Part shown: one piece after another, positions 1 through 9,087 of the stretch
How positions within the stretch are numbered: the first letter of the stretch is position 1
Layout of the letters: the number at the start of each line of letters is the position of its first letter
Source of the DNA: a bacterium GBS-1
GTDB lineage: Bacteria; Synergistota; GBS-1
Reading direction: 5' to 3'
DNA: 64,000 bases
NCBI GenBank assembly: GCA_001443005.1
Contig: LEKQ01000005.1
Span: 64,809 to 128,808, forward strand
The notes under the pieces: generated by a model
What the model saw: the letters and a program-made list of their open reading frames with translations, nothing else
Told to the model about the DNA's origin: nothing
The model's database searches: none
Position numbers and translations under genes: made by a program

Positions 1-1
1 A

Positions 2-136
2 AACGCTCGTGATGACTTAACCAGCGAGACCATATCTGATGTTATGGATCTCATCGTCGCTAAGGATGTTTTTTACCCATCCTTGGTCTCCGCTCTTGAG
101 GCTCAGATTGAGGAAAGAACGGTGACGGAAATCTAA
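2..136 (+). CDS. hypothetical protein, C-terminal fragment (gene begins upstream of window)
   Basis: Open frame from position 2 to TAA at 134-136, translating ...NARDDLTSETISDVMDLIVAKDVFYPSLVSALEAQIEERTVTEI*. No recognisable family. It is followed directly by a strong hairpin. Confidence 0.35.
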   Translation, partial: NARDDLTSETISDVMDLIVAKDVFYPSLVSALEAQIEERTVTEI

Positions 137-139
137 GGG

Positions 140-166
140 TTAGGGGGGGCAACCCCCCCTAAATTT
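140..166 (+). terminator. putative intrinsic terminator (10-bp stem TTAGGGGGGG / CCCCCCCTAA, 3-nt loop, weak ATTT tail)
   Basis: Perfect inverted repeat at 140-149 and 153-162, read directly from the sequence. The T-tract is short, so termination efficiency is uncertain. Confidence 0.4.
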
Positions 167-184
167 CGAAGGGGGAGATGAAGC

Positions 185-619
185 GTGAATAAGCTTAGGG
201 TTTCCTTTTACTTTTCATTGAACGAATTTGAGTGCCCCTGTTGTAAGAGGGTTATGATCGATGAGAGATTGCTTGAGAAGCTTGAGGCTCTTAGGATACT
301 CTGGGGTAAGCCGCTCATTATAACGAGCGGATACCGTTGTGAGAGTTATAACAAGGAAATAGGAGGGGTTCCAAACTCCCTTCATATGAGAGGACAAGCT
401 GCTGATTTAGCTATTCCGGAAAGGGAGCAAGGAAGGTTCTTAACCTTATCTAAGCTTGTTGGGTTAAGGGTTATCCCTTACCCCTCGAGGAACTTCATCC
501 ATGTGGAGCTAGGGGGTGATGGAGATGGATATTTATCAGGTGGTTTCGAACCTAGGATTTCCGATAGTTCTAAGTTTCTATCTATTAACCAGGTTGGAGA
601 GGGAGATCAAAGAGCTTAA
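185..619 (+). CDS. peptidase M15A-family protein (zinc D-Ala-D-Ala carboxypeptidase-like, YcbK/DUF882 type)
   Basis: The N-terminus has FSLNEFECPCC, then SGYRCESYNKEIGGVPNSLHMRGQAADL and FIHVELGG. This is the typical M15A zinc-peptidase motif set. GTG start. Confidence 0.75.
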   Translation: MNKLRVSFYFSLNEFECPCCKRVMIDERLLEKLEALRILWGKPLIITSGYRCESYNKEIGGVPNSLHMRGQAADLAIPEREQGRFLTLSKLVGLRVIPYPSRNFIHVELGGDGDGYLSGGFEPRISDSSKFLSINQVGEGDQRA

Positions 620-691
620 GGTGGCCATATACGATCTAAGCAGGGTGATAGAGGGAAGTTTTAAGTACGGTAATGCTGGGGGGTAAGAATC

Positions 692-886
692 TTGGAAAGA
701 GTGATAAAGGATATCCTGATGAAGGAGTTTTTGATAGAGGTAGGAAGAAGAATCTTAAGCTTTTTAATTAAGGGGCTTAACTTAAGGGAGAGCATAGTAA
801 GGGATGTCTTGCTTGAGCTTCTTAATTCGCTTCCCAAGGAGGCCGTTAACCTTCCACGTGACTCAAGAGAGCTTGAATCGGCTTAA
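692..886 (+). CDS. hypothetical small protein (weak call)
   Basis: 64-codon ORF with a TTG start and no recognisable domain. It overlaps another weak ORF (804-1043). It may be non-coding remnant sequence. Confidence 0.2.
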   Translation: MERVIKDILMKEFLIEVGRRILSFLIKGLNLRESIVRDVLLELLNSLPKEAVNLPRDSRELESA

Positions 887-1137
887 GATTAAGACGGGAG
901 AAGGGATAGGGGAGGGCCTTAAGGTCCTCTCCTATTTTCTCACGCCTAACCATGAGGGAAGGATAGCTTATGTTCTGCTTTCTTTTCGGAAACGCTTCCC
1001 ATGGGCTTGCATGCTTCAAACGAAGTTTTCATATTGTTCCTAATATCTTTATACCCCCGGTTTCGGAGCCACCGATGAGGATTAGGACTTCATCGAGGGT
1101 GTCGCTATAAGGGGTTTTGTCAAAGGAATATAGACAG

Positions 1138-1164
1138 TTGCAAAATATGCTAGTTTGTTATAAG
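1138..1164 (+). promoter_or_regulatory. sigma-A-like promoter for the TAXI-TRAP operon (-35 TTGCAA, extended -10 TGtTATAAG)
   Basis: TTGCAA at 1138-1143, TG at 1156-1157 and TATAAG at 1159-1164, with a 15-nt spacer. The RBS GGGGAGGTG lies upstream of the ATG at 1201. Confidence 0.45.
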
Positions 1165-1200
1165 ATTAAAAGTAATACTTCGATGGGGAGGTGTTGATGT

Positions 1201-2217
1201 ATGCATAAATCGAAGTGGTTTTGGGTATTGGTTTTGGTTTTATCGCTCTGTTTGGGTGGGGTTGTCTATGGAGCTAGTGAGCTTAAGCCTGTCACACTAA
1301 CTTGGGTCGCTGGGGGTGTGGGTGGAGGATGGTACACCCAAGCGGGAGCTCTGGCTTCCTTGATCAATCAGAAGGAGCCTAATATAACGATTAAGGTCGT
1401 TCCCGGTGGAGGAGTAGTTAATCCGATGCGCGTGTCCTCAGGAGAAGCTGACCTCGGTTGGGGCATAACCTTCGTCGATAGGATGGCCTATCAGGGTCTT
1501 AAGCCCCTATACCAGGAGCCTTGTTCTAAGGTTAGAGCTTTAGGGGGATACTTCGGCTATTATCACATTCACTTCGTCGCTGATGCCCAAAGCGGTATAA
1601 CTACGGTTAAAGAGCTGGTTGACATGATTAAGGCGGGAAAGCCCATAAGGGTAGCCATACCGATGAAAGGCACTTCTGACCTACCTCTGCTTGAGAGGAT
1701 CTTGGCCTTCTACGGTGTAAGCCTCGAGGATATTAAGAAGGCTGGAGGAGAGTACTTCCACGCGGTTTACGCTGACATGGTGAGCTTGTATAAGGATCGT
1801 CACGTGGACTTCGTTGTGACTCACCTCTCCCTTCCTGCTGCAGCTGTTACCGAGATGTTCGTTTCAAGAAGCTCCGTTCTTCTGGCCGTTTCTAACGAGT
1901 GTATAGATGCGATAAGCAAGGAACTTGGGACCGTTCCTCGCGAAAGTGGGCTCTGCGTCATCCCCGCTGGAACTTACAAGGGTCAGGATAAGGATGTGCC
2001 AGCTGTGGCAACCGCCGGAGAGCTTTTGGTTAGAGCAGACCTTGCCGATGATGTGGTTTATGCCATCACCAAGATACTATGTGAGAATATAGAGGAGGTT
2101 TATAAGGCTCACCCCGCTAATAAAACTTTTGATCCTAAGATTGGCTGGAAAAATATAGCGGTTCCGCTTCACCCCGGAGCGGAGAGGTATTACAGGGAAA
2201 AGGGGTACATGAAGTAA
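1201..2217 (+). CDS. TAXI-family TRAP transporter solute-binding subunit
   Basis: Signal peptide followed by a GGVGGGWYT motif. The overall pattern is that of TAXI SBPs (ImmA/TAXI fold). A fused permease gene is adjacent. Confidence 0.85.
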   Translation: MHKSKWFWVLVLVLSLCLGGVVYGASELKPVTLTWVAGGVGGGWYTQAGALASLINQKEPNITIKVVPGGGVVNPMRVSSGEADLGWGITFVDRMAYQGLKPLYQEPCSKVRALGGYFGYYHIHFVADAQSGITTVKELVDMIKAGKPIRVAIPMKGTSDLPLLERILAFYGVSLEDIKKAGGEYFHAVYADMVSLYKDRHVDFVVTHLSLPAAAVTEMFVSRSSVLLAVSNECIDAISKELGTVPRESGLCVIPAGTYKGQDKDVPAVATAGELLVRADLADDVVYAITKILCENIEEVYKAHPANKTFDPKIGWKNIAVPLHPGAERYYREKGYMK

Positions 2218-2229
2218 GGGGTTGAGCCT

Positions 2230-4128
2230 TTGGTGAGAAACCTATCGGGTTGGCAGAGGTATTTGGTGGGCGCGTGGCTTACGGCCACCGCCCTCTTTCA
2301 TCTCTATACTGCTACCGTTGGCGTTCTTCAGCCGAGGCTTCAGAGAGGAGCCCATCTGCTTTTGCTCCTACCGTTAGCCTTTTTGCTCTATCCTGCGACT
2401 AAGAGATCACCTACCGATAGATTCACCCTGCTTGATTCCATCTTGGCTCTTCTCTCGCTATTTCCCCCCCTTTACCTGATGATGTTCAACGATGTGCTGA
2501 ACGTTAGGTTTGAGTTCGTTGACCCTCTTACTCCGACGCAGATCATCTTAGGTCTGATTAATATAGCCTTGCTTCTTGAAGCTATAAGGCGCGCCGTTGT
2601 CCCGGCCATGGCAGCTCTTCTTCTTTTCCTGATGGGCTATCTATATGTGGCTCCGTTTCTCTCGGGCGTTTTTTACAGCAAGCCCATATCCTTGGGCAAG
2701 TTCGTTGAGATGTTTTACCTTATAACCGATAGCGGTATTTACGGCGCCATAACGGGGATATCTGCTACCGTTGTGGCTCTCTTCGTTATTCTGGGGGCTT
2801 TTTTGGAATTTACGAAGGTTGGGGACTATCTAACTAAGATTGCCGCTCGAATAGCTGGTAGAGGACCAGGTGGACCGGCTAAGATAGCGGTTTTGGCTAG
2901 CGGGCTTTTTGGCACCATAAGCGGCGTGGCTGCGAGCAACGTTTACGCTACAGGAAGCTTTACGATACCCATGATGAAAAAGTTGGGCTATAAACCGGAG
3001 TTCGCTGGTGCTGTTGAGGCGGTTGCCTCAACTGGTGGCATATTCATGCCTCCAGTTATGGGAGCTGCGGCCTTCGTCATGTCTGAGCTGACGAACATAC
3101 CTTATATAGAGATATGCGCTGCGGCCCTTTTAGGGGCTGTGTTTTATTACGTTGCTTTAGGCTTCACCGTGCACTATGTTGCCTTGCGAGATGGGCTTAA
3201 GGGCATGAGGGAGGATGAGCTTCCAACGCGGAGGGAACTAATTCGTGACCTTTACCTTGTTGCACCAGCCATGGGATTGGTTTACTTTCTCGTTAAGGGT
3301 TATTCTCCCTTCATGGCCGCCTACTACTCCATATGGATCTCGATAGCTATAAGTTTCTTCAAGAGGGAGACGATGATGACGCCTACGAGGCTCTTTCAAG
3401 CCCTTCAACACGGTGCAAGTAACATGGTAATAGTTGCTTTGGCCTGCGCTGGGGCGGGTATTGTCGTTAGCGTCTTAACGCATACGGGGCTTGGACTTGG
3501 CTTCGCTTCCATTATAGCTACTTTGTCTAAGGGGAATCTCCTTTTAGCTTTGATTTTGGTTATGATAGTTTGTCTTATCCTGGGGATGGGATTGCCTACA
3601 ACGCCAGCCTACGTTATAGCCGTTACGATAGCAGCTCCAGCCCTTCTTAAGATGGATGTCGATCTCCTTAAATCTCATATGTTCGCCCTTTATTTTGCCA
3701 AGCTTTCTGAGGTTACGCCTCCCGTATGTGTGGCTTCCTACTGTGCAGCTTCGATCGCCGGCACGGATCCGATGAAGGTTGGTTTCGTTAGCTGGAGGCT
3801 TGCCCTCACGGGGTATCTTGTAGGTTACATCTTCATCTATAATGATGCCCTCTTGCTGAGAGGTTCTATAGGCGAGATCCTTACGATAATAGTCTTGATG
3901 AGTACCATATCGATAGCCCTTTCGGTTGGAGTTTCCGGTTATTTTAATAGGAAGCTTAAACCTTACGAGAAATTGATCGCCTTTTTGGTTGTAGCTTTTA
4001 TGGTTTTGGCTTCGGTTTATCCAGGTTTTCCGAGAGAGATCTTCGCTATAGGTATAGCGATCTTGGGGGTAGCTTACCTTATATTGACTCGCTTTTTGTT
4101 GAAGAAGGAGCCATCGAGGGCTCTTTAA
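2230..4128 (+). CDS. TRAP transporter fused permease subunit (TAXI-type DctQ-DctM fusion)
   Basis: 632 aa and polytopic. It has the Gly-rich TRAP permease pattern (GRGPGGPAKIAVLASGLFGTISG). It sits immediately downstream of the TAXI SBP. Confidence 0.85.
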   Translation: MVRNLSGWQRYLVGAWLTATALFHLYTATVGVLQPRLQRGAHLLLLLPLAFLLYPATKRSPTDRFTLLDSILALLSLFPPLYLMMFNDVLNVRFEFVDPLTPTQIILGLINIALLLEAIRRAVVPAMAALLLFLMGYLYVAPFLSGVFYSKPISLGKFVEMFYLITDSGIYGAITGISATVVALFVILGAFLEFTKVGDYLTKIAARIAGRGPGGPAKIAVLASGLFGTISGVAASNVYATGSFTIPMMKKLGYKPEFAGAVEAVASTGGIFMPPVMGAAAFVMSELTNIPYIEICAAALLGAVFYYVALGFTVHYVALRDGLKGMREDELPTRRELIRDLYLVAPAMGLVYFLVKGYSPFMAAYYSIWISIAISFFKRETMMTPTRLFQALQHGASNMVIVALACAGAGIVVSVLTHTGLGLGFASIIATLSKGNLLLALILVMIVCLILGMGLPTTPAYVIAVTIAAPALLKMDVDLLKSHMFALYFAKLSEVTPPVCVASYCAASIAGTDPMKVGFVSWRLALTGYLVGYIFIYNDALLLRGSIGEILTIIVLMSTISIALSVGVSGYFNRKLKPYEKLIAFLVVAFMVLASVYPGFPREIFAIGIAILGVAYLILTRFLLKKEPSRAL

Positions 4129-4221
4129 GGTTGGGAGACACGAGCTTAGAAAGAAGTTAGCTCAGGAGCTTAAGGAGGGGCATGAGCTTTGCGATCTCAT
4201 TAACGGAAGGGTGAGAAAAGA

Positions 4222-5367
4222 TTGGGTGCTTACGACATAATCATAATTGGTGGAGGGGTTATCGGATGCTCGATAGCTTATCACCTTTCTCTTTTTAACA
4301 GGTTTAAGATCTTGCTTATAGAGAGAAATGGTATAGCTGGAGGTGCCTCAGGTTCATGCGATGGGATTCTATCCCTGCTTTCTAAAAAAGGGGGGATTCA
4401 GCTTGAGCTCGCTATGGAGAGCATGCTGATTCTTGATAACCTCTCTAAGAGCTTTCCTTTAGATGTGGAGTTTAGAAAAATACCCGGGATGATAATAATA
4501 GAGGATGAAAGATATATACCCTTTATGGAGAAGTTCGTCAGCGAGCAGAGGAGGACCACTAACCTTAGAATAGATTTCCTAAGCGCAAAGGAGACAAGGG
4601 GATTAGAACCCCTTCTCTCCGATAGGGTGGTGGGAGCAGTTCGCTCCACCGATAACGGTCAGATAAACCCGATTCGCTTAACCTATGCTTTCTTTGAATC
4701 TGCTTCGTCTAAAGGGGTTGAAGTTAGAAAGGGTGAGGAGGTCCTTAGGATAGAAAGGATTCCTTCAGGTTTTAGGGTTGAGACTTCCTGTGGGAGGTAT
4801 GAGGCAGGGTTAGTTGTGCTTTCTGCAGGTTCCTGGTCTCCGCTACTTTCCGAATCCCTATGCCTGAACCTTCCCATTAAGCCGAGAAGAGGGCAGATAA
4901 TCGTCACGGAGCCGATCGAGAGGGCTTTAAATCACACGGTGCTCTCAAGCAAATATATAGTTGCGAAGTATAACGTTGAAACCGGTAAAGGGGAGGGTTT
5001 AGCCTTAGAGCAGACACACCATGGCAACTTTCTCATAGGTGCTACAAGGGAGTTCGTGGGATATGATAGAAGGGTTACATCCTCAGCCTTAAAAAGGTTA
5101 GCTAAAACGGCGGTTGAGGCTTTTCCGTTTCTTAAGGAGCTTAGGGTAGTTAGAAGCTTCGCTGGCTTAAGGCCCTGGACGCCTGATGGGCTACCGATAA
5201 TAGATATTATCGATGGTTTAATCCTCGCTTGTGGACATGAAGGTGATGGAATATGCCTATCTGCCATAACGGGGAAGCTCGTGAGCGAGCTCGTCCTCTA
5301 TGGGAGAGCATCCTTCGATATCTCTTCCCTTTCTCTTAAAAGGTTTAAAACCTCTTCAGCTTTGTAG
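4222..5367 (+). CDS. FAD-dependent oxidoreductase (DAO family; glycine/D-amino-acid oxidase-like)
   Basis: N-terminal dinucleotide-binding motif YDIIIIGGGVIGCSIAY. DAO-family length of 381 aa. C-terminal HEGDG. Confidence 0.8.
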   Translation: MGAYDIIIIGGGVIGCSIAYHLSLFNRFKILLIERNGIAGGASGSCDGILSLLSKKGGIQLELAMESMLILDNLSKSFPLDVEFRKIPGMIIIEDERYIPFMEKFVSEQRRTTNLRIDFLSAKETRGLEPLLSDRVVGAVRSTDNGQINPIRLTYAFFESASSKGVEVRKGEEVLRIERIPSGFRVETSCGRYEAGLVVLSAGSWSPLLSESLCLNLPIKPRRGQIIVTEPIERALNHTVLSSKYIVAKYNVETGKGEGLALEQTHHGNFLIGATREFVGYDRRVTSSALKRLAKTAVEAFPFLKELRVVRSFAGLRPWTPDGLPIIDIIDGLILACGHEGDGICLSAITGKLVSELVLYGRASFDISSLSLKRFKTSSAL

Positions 5368-6221
5368 GAGCTTCTAACTAAGGGTGAGGAGAAGGCCAGC
5401 TTGAATCCCATCGATAGGGCTATCTCCTCATATTTCTTAAACTCCTCTGGAGATAGAAACCTTTCAACGGGGAGGTTTAAACTTGTCGGTTGTAGGTATT
5501 GTCCTATGGTTATTATGTCGCAGTTAACCTCCCTTAAATCTCTCATTAGCTCGATAACCTCTTCCTGTGTTTCCCCAAGCCCAACCATTATCCCAGACTT
5601 GGTTATGATCGAGGGGTCTGACTCCTTGACCTTCTTTAAGATCCCGAGGGATCTATTGTAGTCTGCGAGTGGTCTCACCTTGGGGTATAGCCTCCTTACG
5701 GTCTCAAGATTATGGTTTATAACTGTAGGATGGGCGCTAACTACCTTGGCTAAGGCTTCCTCGCTCCCCTTAAAGTCGGGTATAAGAACCTCTATACCCT
5801 TAACGCTCTCTATCTTTTTCACCTCTTTTATCGTCCTTTCAAAAAGGTTCGCTCCTCCATCCTCAAGGTCATCTCGGGTTACTGAAGTTATGACGACGTA
5901 TTTCAGATTGAACCTCTTTACCGCTTCAGCTATCCTAAGTGGTTCGTCCTCATCTGGAGGAAGAGGATTCCCCTTCTTTACTGCGCAGAAGGAGCAGTTC
6001 CTTGTGCATATATCTCCAAGGATCAAGAATGTTGCGGTGCCACGTGAGAAACACTCTCCTACATTTGGGCATCGCGCTTCCTCGCAGACAGTGTGAAGTC
6101 CACACCCTCTTAAGATTTTCTTTGTCTCCTTGAAGTTACCCTTGGGAAGCCTTGCTCTTATCCATGGAGGCTTTCTCATAGCTTTAATTATAGCAGAAGA
6201 AGAGAGTGGGGGACTCCCCAC
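5298..6221 (-). CDS. lipA: lipoyl synthase
   Basis: CEEARCPNVGEC together with the radical-SAM motif CTRNCSFCAV. Conserved RKPPW near the N-terminus, which may mark the true start at the ATG at 6179. Confidence 0.9.
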   Translation of the reverse strand: MGSPPLSSSAIIKAMRKPPWIRARLPKGNFKETKKILRGCGLHTVCEEARCPNVGECFSRGTATFLILGDICTRNCSFCAVKKGNPLPPDEDEPLRIAEAVKRFNLKYVVITSVTRDDLEDGGANLFERTIKEVKKIESVKGIEVLIPDFKGSEEALAKVVSAHPTVINHNLETVRRLYPKVRPLADYNRSLGILKKVKESDPSIITKSGIMVGLGETQEEVIELMRDLREVNCDIITIGQYLQPTSLNLPVERFLSPEEFKKYEEIALSMGFKLAFSSPLVRSSYKAEEVLNLLREREEISKDALP

Positions 6222-6237
6222 CCCCTTCTTTAAGCTT

Positions 6238-7242
6238 TCACTTCGTTGCTAGCTCTATGAACTTTCTCCCGATATCCTCTCCGACCTTCTTGACCCAGCT
6301 TTCCCACGTGGGTTTGCATATCTCCCTAAATTGGTTGATCACCTCAGCGGTGGGCTCTATGATCTCTACTCCTTTTGCCTTTATCTTTGGCCAGACCTCC
6401 CGCTCGAATACCTCCTCGCCGTGCTCTAAATGACGATAGTCATATCTGTAGGCTGCAAGGAGGATAACGCGTCTTACGCTTTCAGGAAGCTTATCCCAGG
6501 TTTCCTTCTTGATGTATATGCCTCTACCGTAGGCACTTATGGGTATCTTGGTACAGTATTTTAGGACCTCATGGAGCGATCTTCCTCCGATCGTTCCAGG
6601 ATAGGCCACTATGCCGTCTATGGTTCCCCTCTGAAGCGCTTCGTAGAGCTCTCCCGATGCCATGAAGACGGGTGATGCTCCCAGTGCCTTGATCGCTTCA
6701 GCTTCGGCTTCTCCTCCTACTCTTATTATCAACCCCTTGAGGTCCTCAGGCTTTCTCACTGGTTTCTTTGATGTCCATATGTACTGAGATGGTATAGCGC
6801 CATAGGCCAGGAAGACTACCCCGTGCTTCTCAAGCATGACCTTCTGCATTAGGTTGAAGAGAGGTTGTCCTATCATTAGACGTATCTTGATATCCTTATC
6901 GCTTGAGAATAAGAAAGGTAAGGATGGACCTCCCATTATGGGCCAGCTTCCGGTCGTATGAGATGTGGTGTGGAATATCATGTCGGCAGTTCCGGCTTCA
7001 AGGCCAGGGATAAGCTCAGCCACCTTAAGGAGCTTCTCCGAGTGATAAAACTCAGCCTTGACCTTACCTTCGCCTGCTACGTTTATATCCTCAACGAAGA
7101 GCTCCTCCGGTGGCAGTAAGTCCTTATACCCTGGAGTAGCATGGGATGCGATCTTCAGTGTTATAATTTGAGCCATGGTTAAACCCGAAATCGCTAGGAT
7201 GGCTAGGATCGTTAGGATGCTTATTAAGACCCTTTTCTTCAC
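6238..7242 (-). CDS. dctP: TRAP transporter substrate-binding protein, DctP family
   Basis: Signal peptide, 334 aa, DctP-type SBP pattern. Adjacent to the DctQ and DctM genes. Confidence 0.85.
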   Translation of the reverse strand: MKKRVLISILTILAILAISGLTMAQIITLKIASHATPGYKDLLPPEELFVEDINVAGEGKVKAEFYHSEKLLKVAELIPGLEAGTADMIFHTTSHTTGSWPIMGGPSLPFLFSSDKDIKIRLMIGQPLFNLMQKVMLEKHGVVFLAYGAIPSQYIWTSKKPVRKPEDLKGLIIRVGGEAEAEAIKALGASPVFMASGELYEALQRGTIDGIVAYPGTIGGRSLHEVLKYCTKIPISAYGRGIYIKKETWDKLPESVRRVILLAAYRYDYRHLEHGEEVFEREVWPKIKAKGVEIIEPTAEVINQFREICKPTWESWVKKVGEDIGRKFIELATK

Positions 7243-7258
7243 CTTCTTTCACCTCCTT

Positions 7259-8560
7259 TCATCTCATCGTGCTTGGTAACCAGAGCGCGAGGGACGGGGC
7301 AAAGACGAAGAGCAAAAGACATAGTGTATCTACGACTATATAGGGGGCTGTCCCTCTTATTATCTCATCTATCGTCAGGTCCTCAGCGATGCTCTTTAGG
7401 GTGTAGAGGTTCAATCCCACGGGTGGAGTTATAACGGCTATCTCGACGTTCAATACCATGAGTATTCCAAACCAAAGGGGGTCAAACCCCAAAGCCTTAA
7501 CGGCTGGTAGCATTATCGGCGTAGTTACTATGATTAGCGATGCTCCGTCTATTATGCACCCCAAAAGTATAAGAACTCCCATGAATATTAATATCACGAC
7601 TATGCCAGGGAGCTCTAATCTGGTTGCCCATTCGGCCACCCTTTCGGGAACCCTAACCAAGTTTAAGAATTGACTAAAGGCGAAGGCGCAAGCAAGAATT
7701 ATAAGTAGGGATGCGCTTATTCTGGTTGAGTTGGACAGGGCGCGTACGAAGCTCTTCCAGTTTATGGTCTTGTAGAAGATCGTTATAGCTAAGGATCCAG
7801 CTACTCCTATGGCTGCTGCTTCCGTTGGCGTCGCTATCCCAGTGTATATGGAGCCCAAGACGAAGAGTATTAGTATTAGAACTACCCATAGCCTTCGTAG
7901 GGAGGCTATCTTTTCTCTCCAGCTGACGTGGAGAAACTCGCGTGGGGCAAGCTTTGGGTTTAAGAGGACCCTGAAAAAGACGTAAAGGGCCATCATCGTG
8001 GCAAGTATTATGCCTGGTATTATTCCACCTATGAAGAGCTTAGCCACTGACTCACCGGATAGCGAACCGTAGATTATGAAGGATATGCTTGGAGGTATAA
8101 GTACCGCTAAGGCTCCCGCTGCTGCCACTGCTCCTGCTGCGATCTTTTTGTCGTATCCTCTCCTTAGCATCTCTGGTATCGCCATGGTGCCTATGGCTGC
8201 CACTCCCGCTATGCTCACTCCACACATGGCTCCAAATAAGGCGCACGAGTATATCGTAGCTATGGCTAAACCTCCCGGAATCCTGTTCAACCACTTGCTG
8301 AAGGCGTTGTAAATATCCCTTCCTATTCCGCTTATGAATATAAGCTCACCCATAAGAACGTAAAGCGGGATGGCCACAAGTAGGAAGCTGTTTACCTGGG
8401 AGATTATCGATGCTGGAAGCTGAAAGAGCCCCTTACTTCCGCTCATCAGGTATATTCCTACAGCTCCAGCTAACCCCAATGATATGAATATGGGCGTTCC
8501 AATGGCCATTAAAGCGAGGAGAATTATAAGCGCTATTACTGTTACTACATCTGCGCTCAT
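7259..8560 (-). CDS. dctM: TRAP transporter large permease
   Basis: 433 aa and polytopic, with the typical DctM Gly-rich segments. Confidence 0.9.
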   Translation of the reverse strand: MSADVVTVIALIILLALMAIGTPIFISLGLAGAVGIYLMSGSKGLFQLPASIISQVNSFLLVAIPLYVLMGELIFISGIGRDIYNAFSKWLNRIPGGLAIATIYSCALFGAMCGVSIAGVAAIGTMAIPEMLRRGYDKKIAAGAVAAAGALAVLIPPSISFIIYGSLSGESVAKLFIGGIIPGIILATMMALYVFFRVLLNPKLAPREFLHVSWREKIASLRRLWVVLILILFVLGSIYTGIATPTEAAAIGVAGSLAITIFYKTINWKSFVRALSNSTRISASLLIILACAFAFSQFLNLVRVPERVAEWATRLELPGIVVILIFMGVLILLGCIIDGASLIIVTTPIMLPAVKALGFDPLWFGILMVLNVEIAVITPPVGLNLYTLKSIAEDLTIDEIIRGTAPYIVVDTLCLLLFVFAPSLALWLPSTMR

Positions 8561-9048
8561 GCCCTCTTTACCCCCCTTAGCTTCTCAAGCTCGTCTAATA
8601 GTCTTATGCCTAACTGTAAAGCCAAAGCTCCCGCACCTATGGGAAGGAAGATGTAGATGAGGTAAAGGGGCGTCCTGAGAAGCGATGGAACCCTCATCCC
8701 CTTAGAGTAAACGAGCCAGGTGGCCTTCCCCCCCTCCCAGAGCAAAAGGGCTGTGAAGGCCATGGCGATAATGATGTTTATTATGTTCGCTATCCTTCTT
8801 TTATCTTCCGATAACCAATCGATAAGTAGGCTAAACTTTATGTGCTTATCAAGCCTTTCAACCTCAGCTATGGCAAGGAAGGTTAGCATTATAAGCATGA
8901 GCTCGGTTAGTTCAGTTGACCAGTAGGGTGGTCTTCTGAATATGTAGCGCATTATAACGGAGTAAAAGACCACCGCCTCAAGGGATGCCATAATAGCCAT
9001 CGCTACGATGAACATGGACCTCGAAACCGCTTCAAGCTTTCTTCTCAT
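8557..9048 (-). CDS. dctQ: TRAP transporter small permease
   Basis: 163 aa with 4 predicted TM helices. It overlaps the dctM start by 4 nt. Confidence 0.8.
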   Translation of the reverse strand: MRRKLEAVSRSMFIVAMAIMASLEAVVFYSVIMRYIFRRPPYWSTELTELMLIMLTFLAIAEVERLDKHIKFSLLIDWLSEDKRRIANIINIIIAMAFTALLLWEGGKATWLVYSKGMRVPSLLRTPLYLIYIFLPIGAGALALQLGIRLLDELEKLRGVKRA

Positions 9049-9087
9049 TTCCTCACTCTCCCCTTTAGATCTTTTAAGTATATTATA

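Noticed and set aside
215-397. 60-aa minus-strand ORF
   Set aside because: It is wholly inside the M15 peptidase gene on the opposite strand.
804-1043. 79-aa + strand ORF
   Set aside because: It overlaps ORF 692-886 in another frame. It is Cys/Phe-rich with no RBS and is probably non-coding.
1-1200. Calling the first 1.2 kb a prophage
   Set aside because: It holds only one phage-associated family (M15 peptidase). No integrase, att repeats, capsid or terminase genes are visible inside the window. It is reported only as a low-confidence possibility.
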